Shown piece by piece: positions 45,813 through 54,020 of a DNA stretch of 54,020 bases (position 1 is its first letter; each line of letters starts with the position of its first letter). Origin of the DNA: Bacillota bacterium. Lineage in GTDB: Bacteria; Bacillota_I; Bacilli_A; MAG-NZ. Where the stretch lies: NCBI GenBank assembly GCA_965657695.1, contig CBFHOU010000001.1:1519-55538 (forward strand), written 5' to 3'. The notes under the pieces were generated by a model, which ran no database searches, had not been told where the DNA came from, and saw only the letters and a program-made list of their open reading frames with translations. The position numbers were made by a program, and so were the translations under genes.

Positions 45813-46211
45813 ATGTTATTAGACTTATTATTAACAAAAGAAAAACATGCGTTCTTAGATATCGCCGTGTATATGGTTAGTATTGATGGTGACGTTCAGG
45901 ACGCGGAATCCACGGAGTTAAAACGACTCAATAACGAACTTGGGGATGACGCTCGTACCTACAAACCCGGAAATTATAAGCAAGCAATAAAATTACTCCA
46001 TGAGTCGTCCGAAGCCCATCGTCGTATTGTCTTATTGAACCTCATTATTTTGAGTATGTCCGATGATTTATATCATGCGGAAGAACATACCATGATTGAG
46101 TATTTACTTGAATCATGGAACATTACTCCCCGCAAGAAAACCGACCTTTTCCGTCTTGTCTATCAATTGAAAGACTTGCGAGAAAAAGCGAAACTCGTCG
46201 TTAATGCCTAA
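45813..46211 (+). CDS. Hypothetical protein, TerB-like two-unit helical domain
   Basis: Two units of the form hydrophobic-xxDG/DD-x-xxxE: FLDIAVYMVSIDGDVQDAESTEL and LLNLIILSMSDDLYHAEEHTMIEYL. Confidence 0.4.
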   Translation: MLLDLLLTKEKHAFLDIAVYMVSIDGDVQDAESTELKRLNNELGDDARTYKPGNYKQAIKLLHESSEAHRRIVLLNLIILSMSDDLYHAEEHTMIEYLLESWNITPRKKTDLFRLVYQLKDLREKAKLVVNA

Positions 46212-47007
46212 CACAACGCTCTATATCGTTTCGACCCCGATTGGCAATTTAAAAGACGTCTCCATTCGGGCCATTGAAACGCTAAAAAGCGTTGCTTTTA
46301 TTTTGTGTGAAGATACCAGGGTTTCACATAAACTCATGCATGTATATGACATCAAAACCCCGTTAAGAAGCTTCCATGATTACACGACACCGGCCCAGAT
46401 TCAAATGATTTTGGATGAGATGAAGGGATTAGAGGTTGCATTAATTAGTGACGCGGGAACGCCACTTCTGCATGATCCAGGCTTTGAACTTGTTGTTGCT
46501 GCTCGATCAATCGGTTACATCGTCACTGCGATTCCAGGGGCAAGTAGTATTACGAACGCCTTGGTATTAAGTGGGGTAGCACCATATCCCTATACGTTTC
46601 ATGGATTTATCCCAACCAAAGCAAAAGCCAAAGCTGAATTTATTCAAAAAGCTGTAGCAACGCCACATACATTAGTATTTTTTGAATCTGTCAAACGACT
46701 ATCTGCCACATTAACATTGGTTCATCAATGGGCACCGACGCGACTGGTTAGTATTATGCGTGAGATGACCAAACAGTTTGAATCGGTGTATCAAGGAACG
46801 GCGGAAGAACTAATGAAGATTGACATCCCTGCCAAAGGAGAAGTTGTAATGATCCTGGGTCCACAAGAAAACCAACTCCAGAATCCGTTAGAGTTGGTTG
46901 ATTTATTCGTTGCTCAAGGAATGAAGCCTGTGGATGCGATTAAAGAAGTTGCTAAATCGAGTTCCATGACTAAAGCTCAACTTTATGAACAATATATAAG
47001 CCGCTAA
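46204..47007 (+). CDS. rsmI: 16S rRNA (cytidine1402-2'-O)-methyltransferase
   Basis: Motifs TLYIVSTPIGNLKDVS, CEDTR and SDAGTP. Confidence 0.92.
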   Translation: MPNTTLYIVSTPIGNLKDVSIRAIETLKSVAFILCEDTRVSHKLMHVYDIKTPLRSFHDYTTPAQIQMILDEMKGLEVALISDAGTPLLHDPGFELVVAARSIGYIVTAIPGASSITNALVLSGVAPYPYTFHGFIPTKAKAKAEFIQKAVATPHTLVFFESVKRLSATLTLVHQWAPTRLVSIMREMTKQFESVYQGTAEELMKIDIPAKGEVVMILGPQENQLQNPLELVDLFVAQGMKPVDAIKEVAKSSSMTKAQLYEQYISR

Positions 47008-47022
47008 CCAGCGGCTTTTTTT
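46998..47022. terminator. Bidirectional intrinsic terminator
   Basis: AAGCCGCT-aacc-AGCGGCTTTTTTT. Both convergent stop codons overlap it. Confidence 0.8.
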
Positions 47023-47695
47023 ATAGTTTTGTTCGGGTAGAACTGAACGTCGATATATCAATGGTTAAGAGCTCATGGTTCAGAGCCTCTGGTTTATGTA
47101 AGATATTTGCCAAGATTTGAAAAATCACCATGTTGCCTGTTACTGATGTTGTATAGATTGGTTTGCTTGATGTTTTATCTCGCTTTGGAACGGCCGACAA
47201 CACACGTTCTAAGTCCATTGACTTGGGTTCGATCCATGCCATATATCCTGTTACATTTCGGTAATAGGTATACATCATTGGTATTCCAATCTCACCCGCA
47301 TGTTTCTCGATAAGGCGTTTCACGGATAAATCTCCAGTTGCATCAATCACAATGTCATGGTTCTTTAAGATGATGGGTCCGTTATGATCGGTATAATCTA
47401 AGCTTAATGTATTAGTGTTGATTCGGTCATTAATGTTGTCAATAAACTTCTTCATGACCGCGGCTTTCGACTCCCCAATTGTTTTCCCGTTTGAATGAAT
47501 TAACCGGTTCAAATCGGTTTCATCGATAACATCTTTGTCCACGGCTGTAATCTGTTTCACGCCAAAACGAGCAAACCCTTCAATGATTTGAGTCCCGACC
47601 CCACCACAGCCGATGACACATATTTTGAGGTTATGGATAACCTCGAGTTCGGCCTCTGTGTAAAGAGGTGTGTTTTTTTGATATCGTTTTAGCAT
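47021..47695 (-). CDS. ThiF/MoeB/HesA-family (E1-like) adenylyltransferase-fold protein, short and Cys-less
   Basis: Motifs ICVIGCGGVGTQ, AVDKDVIDETDLNRL and VIDATGD. The ATG at 47695 (MLKRYQKNT, resembling the RYxRQ lead-in) is preferred to the TTG at 47740. The start is uncertain. Confidence 0.75.
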   Translation of the reverse strand: MLKRYQKNTPLYTEAELEVIHNLKICVIGCGGVGTQIIEGFARFGVKQITAVDKDVIDETDLNRLIHSNGKTIGESKAAVMKKFIDNINDRINTNTLSLDYTDHNGPIILKNHDIVIDATGDLSVKRLIEKHAGEIGIPMMYTYYRNVTGYMAWIEPKSMDLERVLSAVPKRDKTSSKPIYTTSVTGNMVIFQILANILHKPEALNHELLTIDISTFSSTRTKL

Positions 47696-47809
47696 CGTTT
47701 TACCATTCGTATTGTATCGCAAGACATTACATTTCCACAATAAACGACATGAATTCCTTCTTTATTATAAGGGGGTTAGTTGCTACAATGAAGCATGTTG
47801 GAGGTCACT

Positions 47810-49708
47810 ATGAAAACGCCCTATTATATTACGACTGCAATAGCATATGCCTCGGGTCGTCCACATATTGGAAATGTGTACGAAATAATCTTAGCCGATG
47901 CAATTGCTAGGTACCGACGAATGCAGGGCTATGACGTGTTCTTCCAAACCGGAACCGATGAACATGGCCAAAAGATTGAACAAAAGGCCAAAGAAGCAGG
48001 GCTCACACCCCGTGCTTTTGTTGATAACATTCAAAAAGAACTTCAAAAAACGTACGATTTGGTCAATGCGTCGTACGATAAATTTATTCGTACTACAGAT
48101 TCCTATCACGAAACTCAAGTTCAAAAAATCTTTGAACGACTCTTAGAACAAGGCGATATCTACAAAGGATTCTATGAAGGAATGTACTGTGTACCTGATG
48201 AGTCTTTTTACTCTGCGTCACAACTTGTTGATGGAAAATGTCCTGACTGTGGCCGTGAGGTTGTACCAATGAAGGAAGAAGCCTACTTTTTTAATCTTAA
48301 AAAATACCAACAACCACTGATTGACCACATCAAGGCGCATCCAGAATTTATTCAACCAGAATCACGCAAAAACGAAATGATGAAAAACTTCCTTGAAGTG
48401 GGACTGGAAGATTTATGTGTATCCAGAACCTCCTTTGATTGGGGCATTGATGTATTATCTGACCCGGAGCATGTCGTTTATGTGTGGATTGATGCTTTAA
48501 GCAACTATATTACCGGCTTAGGCTATGACGTTGATGGTAATCATGATCAGAAATTTTTAACATACTGGCCAGCAGATGTTCATTTAATTGGCAAGGATAT
48601 CTTACGTTTTCACACCATTTATTGGCCAACTATGTTGATGGCCTTAGGGATTGAATTACCTAAACAAATCTTTGGGCATCCTTGGTTACTAGCAGCTCAA
48701 GGCAAGATGAGTAAATCCGTTGGGAATACGTTATACACCGAGGACCTAGTCCAATTGTTTGGTGTTGATGCAGTCCGTTATTACGTCTTACGAGATACAC
48801 CATTTGCTCAAGATGGGTCCATTAGTTTAGAGACAATGGTGGAACGAATTAATACAGAACTCACCAATACCTTCGGTAATCTTCTGCATCGCACTGTTTC
48901 GATGACACATCAATACTTTGAAGGGGCCATTCGTCCGATTCAAACAATTGAACCCTTAGACCAAGAAGTCATTGATTTAGTTCTTCAAACAAGCAAAGAT
49001 GTCGATCGCTATATGAATCAGTTAAAAGTCTCGGACTCGCTTCAGGCAATCCAGGTGATGTTACGTCGTGCGAATAAATACATCGATGAAACCGAACCGT
49101 GGAACATCTATAAAGCGCAAAAGATGGACCGATTAGCTGATGTGTTATATGTCATTTTAGAAACAGTTCGTCATGCAGCGGTCTTACTTCAAAGTTTTAT
49201 CCCTGCGACGGCGGCGACTGTATTGTCGAGCTTAGCGACGACAAATTCAACCTTAGAGAGTCTTAAAGAGTTTAGTGGACTGCAAGCGGGGACTCTCCCT
49301 GTTTCAATTCCACTATACCAGCGCTTCGAACTGGATCAAATCCGTGCTTCGTATGAAGCATTAACATCACCAAAAAAAGCTGGCAAAGACGAAATAAGTA
49401 TTGATGATTTCAGCAAATTAGAGTTGGTGGTTGGAGTGGTTACCGAATCGAAACGTCATCCCGACGCCGATCGTTTGCTGGTGAGCCAAATTGATTTGGG
49501 GAATGGGGATGTTCGTCAAATTGTTTCAGGAATTGCTGATTCTATTTCGCCTGAGGAATTTGTCGGACAACATGTCGTTGTTGTGGCAAATTTAAAACCT
49601 GTGAAATTACGGGGTGTTGAAAGTCAAGGAATGATTCTGGCTGGAAAAGATGGAAAACAGTTGGAAGTATTAGCAACATCACTCCCTCCAGGAGCCATCA
49701 TTTCATGA
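47810..49708 (+). CDS. metG: Methionyl-tRNA synthetase with C-terminal tRNA-binding domain
   Basis: The ATG at 47810 follows GGAGG. Motifs YASGRPHIGN (HIGH), KMSKS, a CPDCG zinc knuckle, and a C-terminal VVGVVTESKRHPDADRL. Confidence 0.96.
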   Translation: MKTPYYITTAIAYASGRPHIGNVYEIILADAIARYRRMQGYDVFFQTGTDEHGQKIEQKAKEAGLTPRAFVDNIQKELQKTYDLVNASYDKFIRTTDSYHETQVQKIFERLLEQGDIYKGFYEGMYCVPDESFYSASQLVDGKCPDCGREVVPMKEEAYFFNLKKYQQPLIDHIKAHPEFIQPESRKNEMMKNFLEVGLEDLCVSRTSFDWGIDVLSDPEHVVYVWIDALSNYITGLGYDVDGNHDQKFLTYWPADVHLIGKDILRFHTIYWPTMLMALGIELPKQIFGHPWLLAAQGKMSKSVGNTLYTEDLVQLFGVDAVRYYVLRDTPFAQDGSISLETMVERINTELTNTFGNLLHRTVSMTHQYFEGAIRPIQTIEPLDQEVIDLVLQTSKDVDRYMNQLKVSDSLQAIQVMLRRANKYIDETEPWNIYKAQKMDRLADVLYVILETVRHAAVLLQSFIPATAATVLSSLATTNSTLESLKEFSGLQAGTLPVSIPLYQRFELDQIRASYEALTSPKKAGKDEISIDDFSKLELVVGVVTESKRHPDADRLLVSQIDLGNGDVRQIVSGIADSISPEEFVGQHVVVVANLKPVKLRGVESQGMILAGKDGKQLEVLATSLPPGAIIS

Positions 49709-50562
49709 ACCTAGAACTCGAGCTTCGTCGAATTCTTCAAGTGTCACTCGGGACAACGTTATCGATTATTGGCTTAACCTATTTTATTATTCCGAGTAAT
49801 TTAGTCGCGGGTGGCTTAACCGGTTATGCGATTTTAATTCAAACTGGATTAGCTGCTTTGGGGTTATCCATAAACTTGGGACTTTTAGTGGCTCTTGTTA
49901 ACATTCCAGTGATGATTCTAGGATTTGTTGGTGTATCGCGAAAGTTTGTGTACTATTCGCTGTATTCTATCTCACTTCAAGTTGTATTGTTGGCCATTAT
50001 CGGAAGCCCTGATGCTTTCTTTGGCGCCGATGTGTTAGCAGGATCCATTATTGGTGGACTAATTTTTGGTGTTGGCGCAGCAACGACTTTAAAAGCAGGT
50101 GCATCGCAGGGTGGACTTGATGTTGTTAGCCAGTATATTAGTTTGCGTTATCAAATCTCGATTGGGTATGTCAGTGTCTTAGCAAACGCAGGAATATTAA
50201 TCATTGCATTCTTTTTCCTTAACCCTACATCTGCGCTCTATACATTGGTTATGTATGTCGTCGCTAATGTCGTAGTGGACAATTTACATACGGCCTATAA
50301 GCGTGTTCGAATTGAAATTGTATCCAGTCATGGGGATGAGGTAAAAAAAGCGTTACTTGCTACCTTCATTCGTGGAATTACAATGATCGAGGGGACGGGA
50401 GCTTTTACAGGAGCTCAACGCAAAGTCATGGTGATGATTACACAAACCCATGAAGTGTATGATATACAAAAAACCATCTTGTCGATCGACCCAGACGCAT
50501 TTATTTCCATGAGTCCGGTTCGCTTGCTTGCGGGTAAATTTAGTCGAGTGGTCATGAAATAA
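49705..50562 (+). CDS. YitT family membrane protein (DUF2179 C-terminal domain), copy 1
   Basis: ATGA overlap with metG. It has 5-6 TM segments with GGLTGYAILI and a C-terminal soluble domain. Confidence 0.8.
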   Translation: MNLELELRRILQVSLGTTLSIIGLTYFIIPSNLVAGGLTGYAILIQTGLAALGLSINLGLLVALVNIPVMILGFVGVSRKFVYYSLYSISLQVVLLAIIGSPDAFFGADVLAGSIIGGLIFGVGAATTLKAGASQGGLDVVSQYISLRYQISIGYVSVLANAGILIIAFFFLNPTSALYTLVMYVVANVVVDNLHTAYKRVRIEIVSSHGDEVKKALLATFIRGITMIEGTGAFTGAQRKVMVMITQTHEVYDIQKTILSIDPDAFISMSPVRLLAGKFSRVVMK

Positions 50563-50563
50563 T

Positions 50564-51412
50564 ATGAAAAACGAAGTACGACGCGTCGTCATGGTGATAG
50601 TAGGTTCAATTATTTACGCGGCAGGAATTACCATGTTTATTGTCCCGTTAGAACTTTATACGGGTGGTCTCACGGGCTATGCAGTCTTAATAGTTAACCT
50701 GTTAGCGCGTGAAAACATTATTTTGAATTTAGGGCTTGCCATCTTTGTGGTCAATTTGCCAGCCTACGTGTTTGGCTACTTTAGAATTTCTCGTAAATTT
50801 GTCATTTACAGTCTGGTCGCCCTTTCAACGCAATCCGTCTTTGTTGCTTGGAATCCATATCCCGTTGTGGAACTAAATGATCCCATGCATGCCGCCATTT
50901 TTGGCGGGCTATTACTTGGCACTGGATTTGCCCTAGTTCTTCGACAAGGCGCAGCAATTGCAGGGATGTCAGTGATTGCGTACTACATTAACGTTCGCTT
51001 TCAATCGACGATTGGCAACATCAATCTATTTGTAAATGCAGGTGTAATTGCCTTAGTTGGTCTATTTTTCTCCTTGCTCACAGCGCTATACACACTCATT
51101 GTTTTAGTGATGATATCGATTGTTGTCGACCGATTGTATACGGCATACCGCCGAGTTAAACTGGAAATTATTACTGAAAAAGGGGATGAAATCAAAGCCA
51201 TGCTCTTTCAAAAGTTTCGTCATGGGATGACGACGTTTGAAGGAAAAGGGGGATACACCGGAAATCGCAAAGACGTCATTGTTATGATTGCCTTTGCTCA
51301 TGAAGCCTACTACATTAAACAAGCAATCACAGGAATCGATCCAGTGGCATATATTACCAGAGAAGATGTATACATGATGAATGGGAATTTAACCCATGTA
51401 CAATTACCATAG
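50564..51412 (+). CDS. YitT family membrane protein, copy 2 (tandem paralogue)
   Basis: Same architecture as copy 1 (GGLTGYAVLI ... YTAYRRVKLEIIT). It starts 1 nt after the copy 1 stop. Confidence 0.8.
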   Translation: MKNEVRRVVMVIVGSIIYAAGITMFIVPLELYTGGLTGYAVLIVNLLARENIILNLGLAIFVVNLPAYVFGYFRISRKFVIYSLVALSTQSVFVAWNPYPVVELNDPMHAAIFGGLLLGTGFALVLRQGAAIAGMSVIAYYINVRFQSTIGNINLFVNAGVIALVGLFFSLLTALYTLIVLVMISIVVDRLYTAYRRVKLEIITEKGDEIKAMLFQKFRHGMTTFEGKGGYTGNRKDVIVMIAFAHEAYYIKQAITGIDPVAYITREDVYMMNGNLTHVQLP

Positions 51413-51421
51413 GAGAACTCA

Positions 51422-51760
51422 ATGATTGAACAACGCCCATGGGGAAGTTATGAAGTGTTACTCGATGCGTCAGATGTCAAAGTAAAACGGATTATCGTTC
51501 AGCCTCATCAACAACTTAGCTATCAATACCATCAACACCGCAGTGAGAACTGGACAATTGTTGCTGGGGTAGCAGAAGTGGTGCTTGATGATATCGTTTA
51601 TTCGTTACATCCAAGCGAGCATATTTTTATCCCACAAGGAGCAAAACACCGGATTCGTAATCCGTTTGATGAACCCGTGGTCTTTATTGAGGTTCAGACG
51701 GGAACGTATTTTGGAGAAGATGATATTATTCGATTAACTGACGATTATGGACGAGTATAA
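51422..51760 (+). CDS. Cupin-domain protein (type II phosphomannose isomerase C-terminal-like)
   Basis: Motifs RPWGSYEVL, KRIIVQPHQQLSYQYHQHRSENW and IPQGAKHRIRNP. Confidence 0.8.
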   Translation: MIEQRPWGSYEVLLDASDVKVKRIIVQPHQQLSYQYHQHRSENWTIVAGVAEVVLDDIVYSLHPSEHIFIPQGAKHRIRNPFDEPVVFIEVQTGTYFGEDDIIRLTDDYGRV

Positions 51761-51773
51761 CTCGTCCTTTTTT
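51749..51773 (+). terminator. Intrinsic terminator overlapping the cupin stop codon
   Basis: GGACGAGT-ata-ACTCGTCC followed by TTTTTT. Confidence 0.8.
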
Positions 51774-51788
51774 GTTACAATACTTCGT

Positions 51789-52340
51789 ATGAATACCTTA
51801 CATAAAAACCTATTTTTAACCTTCTTTAAAATCGGAGCGTTCACCATCGGTGGTGGCTACGCAATGATTCCCGTCATTGAGCGAGAGCTTGTTGAAAAGA
51901 AGAAATGGTTATCTGCGGATGAGTTTTATGATGCCGTAGCGGTCGCACAAGCAGTTCCTGGCATTATTGCCTTACATATGGGAATTTATATGGGGTATAA
52001 ATTAGGAAAAATCCCGGGAGCAATTCTAAGTGCTTTAGGCGTTATTCTTCCTGCCTTTCTAATCATGATGGGGCTTGCGAGTGTGGTGGTCTTATCGGGG
52101 GAATGGCCGATGTGGCTAAACCAGTTCTTTACAGGGGTGCGTGTAAGTGTTGTTGCCCTTATTGCCTATGCGGCACTTAAACTATTTTTGAATTCAACAC
52201 ATCCTTGGCGGATTCCGTTAGGGGTCGTTGCCTTTAGTGTGGTGTACTTTACGACCTTTAATCCTTTTTGGGTCATTTTGAGTTTTGTGATCATATCCAT
52301 CGTCTTACCAGAACGAGGAGCTGCTCATGCGAATTCTTAA
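51789..52340 (+). CDS. Chromate transporter family protein, short-chain half 1
   Basis: MNTLHKNLFLTFFKIGAFTIGGGYAMIPVIE. The ATG lies 15 nt after the terminator with no obvious SD. Confidence 0.8.
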   Translation: MNTLHKNLFLTFFKIGAFTIGGGYAMIPVIERELVEKKKWLSADEFYDAVAVAQAVPGIIALHMGIYMGYKLGKIPGAILSALGVILPAFLIMMGLASVVVLSGEWPMWLNQFFTGVRVSVVALIAYAALKLFLNSTHPWRIPLGVVAFSVVYFTTFNPFWVILSFVIISIVLPERGAAHANS

Positions 52341-52872
52341 TTTATGGTGGCAGTTTCTGTTGATAGGTCTAGTTAGTTTTGGCGGGGGAACGGCAATGAT
52401 TCCTCTACTTCAACGTACCTTTGTTGAAGAGCAAGGGTGGATTACGATTACTATGTTTGTTGATATTATCGGCTTGTCGCAAGTAACGCCAGGACCGATT
52501 GCGATTAATGCAGCTACCTTTATTGGTTATCAATCGTCGTATTTAGCTTATGGGTCAGTAGGTCTTGCGTTAGTGGGTTCGTTTGCAGCAACACTCGGAG
52601 TGATCACGATGCCGAGTATCTTTATGAGTATGTTGATTAGGATTCAGGATCAAGACAAAGTACAAGTGGCGATGAAGCGAATCTTGTTCCGCTTGCGTCC
52701 CGTATTGGTCGGATTAATTGCAGTGAGTGCATTCACCATTGCAGAATTGACATTCACAGGAATTAATCATATTGTATGGTTCGTACTAGCGATGATTTTT
52801 CTTTTATCAAAAAAAGTACATCCGATTATTGTCATCCTACTCGGTGGTATTTACGGCGTATTATTCTTGTAA
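52327..52872 (+). CDS. Chromate transporter family protein, short-chain half 2
   Basis: FLLIGLVSFGGGTAMIPLLQ. It overlaps half 1 by 14 nt. Confidence 0.82.
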   Translation: MRILNLWWQFLLIGLVSFGGGTAMIPLLQRTFVEEQGWITITMFVDIIGLSQVTPGPIAINAATFIGYQSSYLAYGSVGLALVGSFAATLGVITMPSIFMSMLIRIQDQDKVQVAMKRILFRLRPVLVGLIAVSAFTIAELTFTGINHIVWFVLAMIFLLSKKVHPIIVILLGGIYGVLFL

Positions 52873-52888
52873 TCGTAAGGGAAACACC

Positions 52889-52917
52889 TTGACAAAGGGT
52901 TGCCATGGTACTACACT
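52889..52917 (+). promoter_or_regulatory. Sigma-A-type promoter for rplM-rpsI
   Basis: TTGACA, a 17-nt spacer, then TACACT. Confidence 0.45.
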
Positions 52918-52979
52918 ATTCCATGGTACATTTTTATCCCCGTAACAGGTGAGCCCTAATTAAAAATTAGGAGAAGAAT

Positions 52980-53414
52980 ATGAATACATTCATGCAAAAA
53001 AAAGAAGCTGTTGTAAGACAGTGGCATGTGATTGATGCGACAGGAACACCGCTCGGCCGACTCGCCTCGGAAGCGGCAATCCTCATCAAGGGCAAACACA
53101 AACCAACCTTTACCCCCCATGTGGACGGTGGAGATTATGTGATTGTCATCAATGCGGACCAATTTGTTTTTACGGGAAACAAAGAAAACACCAAACTGTA
53201 TCAGAAACACTCTGGATGGATTGGCGGCCTTAAAACAAGAACCGCTAAAGAAATGAAAGAGAAGTTTCCAGCGAAGGTTATCGAATTGGCAGTTCATGGT
53301 ATGTTGCCAAAATCGAAACTGGGGTCGGTCATGAAGACACGTCTGTACGTGTACAAAGACAGCACTCATCCTCATAGTGCTCAACAACCTCAACCTTACA
53401 CCGTGAAAGGATAA
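52980..53414 (+). CDS. rplM: 50S ribosomal protein L13 (uL13)
   Basis: Motifs [18 protein letters not shown] and [18 protein letters not shown]. Confidence 0.97.
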   Translation: MNTFMQKKEAVVRQWHVIDATGTPLGRLASEAAILIKGKHKPTFTPHVDGGDYVIVINADQFVFTGNKENTKLYQKHSGWIGGLKTRTAKEMKEKFPAKVIELAVHGMLPKSKLGSVMKTRLYVYKDSTHPHSAQQPQPYTVKG

Positions 53415-53418
53415 TCGG

Positions 53419-53817
53419 ATGGCAAAAGAACAAGTTCAGTATTTAGGCACCGGACGTCGCAAGAAGTCTGTGGCTCGTGTACGATTGTTGCCAGGAAAAG
53501 GGAAGTTCATGATTAATGATCGTACCTTTGAAGACTATATTCCTTCTGCCCAAATTCGCTTAGATGTGATGCAACCTCTGGTTTTAACCAAAACCGAGAA
53601 AAGCTATGACATTGTGGTGAATGTTCAAGGTGGTGGGATGAACGGTCAAGCCGGTGCAATCCGTCACGGAATCTCTCGAGCATTGCTCGAAGTAAGCGCT
53701 GATTTTAGAGCAGCGCTGAAAAAAGCTGGGTTCTTAACTCGTGATCCACGCGTTAAGGAACGATACAAGTATGGACTCAAGAAAGCCCGCAAATCATCAC
53801 AGTTTTCAAAACGTTAA
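53419..53817 (+). CDS. rpsI: 30S ribosomal protein S9 (uS9)
   Basis: Motifs [12 protein letters not shown] and [19 protein letters not shown]. The C-terminus is KR. Confidence 0.97.
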   Translation: MAKEQVQYLGTGRRKKSVARVRLLPGKGKFMINDRTFEDYIPSAQIRLDVMQPLVLTKTEKSYDIVVNVQGGGMNGQAGAIRHGISRALLEVSADFRAALKKAGFLTRDPRVKERYKYGLKKARKSSQFSKR

Positions 53818-53832
53818 TTACAACACAAACAG

Positions 53833-53860
53833 AAAAGACATGGAAATCATGTCTTTTTTT
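53833..53860 (+). terminator. Intrinsic terminator after rpsI
   Basis: AAAAGACATG-gaaat-CATGTCTTTTTTT. Confidence 0.85.
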
Positions 53861-53888
53861 GTATGATAAAATAGCGTGGAGATTAGCT

Positions 53889-54020
53889 ATGAAATTAACC
53901 TTATATTTTCGCCAGTTTATGGCTGAAACCTATGGAACCTTCGTTATTTTATTTAGCAGTGTACTCGCCTATGCCATCCTCGCAACAGTAGAACCTTTTA
54001 TGGCACTAATTGTCAGCAGT
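53889..54020 (+). CDS. MIP/aquaporin-family channel, N-terminal 44 codons (3' end outside window)
   Basis: The ATG lies 7 nt after GGAG. MKLTLYFRQFMAETYGTFVILFSS resembles the F-x-AE-x-x-GT-F start of GlpF/AqpZ proteins. The frame is open to the window end. Confidence 0.6.
   Translation, partial: MKLTLYFRQFMAETYGTFVILFSSVLAYAILATVEPFMALIVSS

Noticed and set aside
47741-47809. A T-box or other riboswitch leader upstream of metG
   Set aside because: Only about 70 nt are available, against the 200+ nt a T-box needs. No specifier-loop or antiterminator features are visible. The region looks like a simple promoter (TACAAT) plus a GGAGG RBS.
52956-53393. A 145-aa - strand ORF antisense to rplM
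   Set aside because: rplM on the + strand is unambiguous. The antisense ORF has no recognisable motif or RBS.
1-54020. Alternative genetic code (TGA=Trp), CRISPR arrays, tRNA/rRNA genes, prophage, IS elements or integrases
   Set aside because: TGA closes several well-delimited genes (rnfG, rnfE, rnfA, hydB, hydC, yaaT), so code 4 is excluded. No spaced direct-repeat arrays, cloverleaf-sized conserved RNAs or recombinase-like ORFs were seen. The intergenic space is minimal.

Overview
This is a 54-kb stretch of a low-GC, Gram-positive-type chromosome (Firmicutes or a wall-less relative). It uses the standard genetic code: TGA terminates several genes here and Trp is TGG. Genes are tightly packed and almost all lie on the + strand.

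Gene content, left to right:
(i) rnfC (5' partial)-D-G-E-A-B, plus a translationally coupled rhodanese lipoprotein.
(ii) A convergent NuoE-like / NuoF-like / [FeFe]-hydrogenase-like operon (hydC-B-A on the - strand).
(iii) A 1268-aa lipoprotein built from internal repeats.
(iv) The complete S10-spc-alpha ribosomal superoperon from rpsJ to rplQ, including secY, adk, map, infA, rpmJ and rpoA.
(v) A ~12-kb mixed block: pfkA, an amino-acid ABC transporter, PepA plus an SRAP peptidase, MATE, DegV, ChrA, a PadR / DUF1700-DUF4097 module with two micro membrane proteins, and an HMA-like protein.
(vi) NusG_II-ecfA1-ecfA2-ecfT-truA.
(vii) tmk-holB-yaaT-methyltransferase-TerB-like-rsmI, an orphan ThiF-like gene, metG-yitT-yitT-cupin, and a split chrA pair.
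(viii) rplM-rpsI and the start of an MIP channel gene.

I recognised no rRNA, tRNA, CRISPR array, transposase, integrase or phage genes.

The most noteworthy region is 1-12.9 kb:
- RnfG is about 2.5x its normal size and carries three FMN_bind-type modules.
- RnfB is cut down to its N-terminal Fe-S domain.
- An exported rhodanese is translationally coupled to the operon.
- The neighbouring HydA homologue deviates at H-cluster signature positions.
- The adjacent giant lipoprotein is built from FMN_bind-like and Ig-like repeats.
Together these suggest a candidate extracytoplasmic redox module.

All domain calls were made by eye from the translations. None was verified by a database search.
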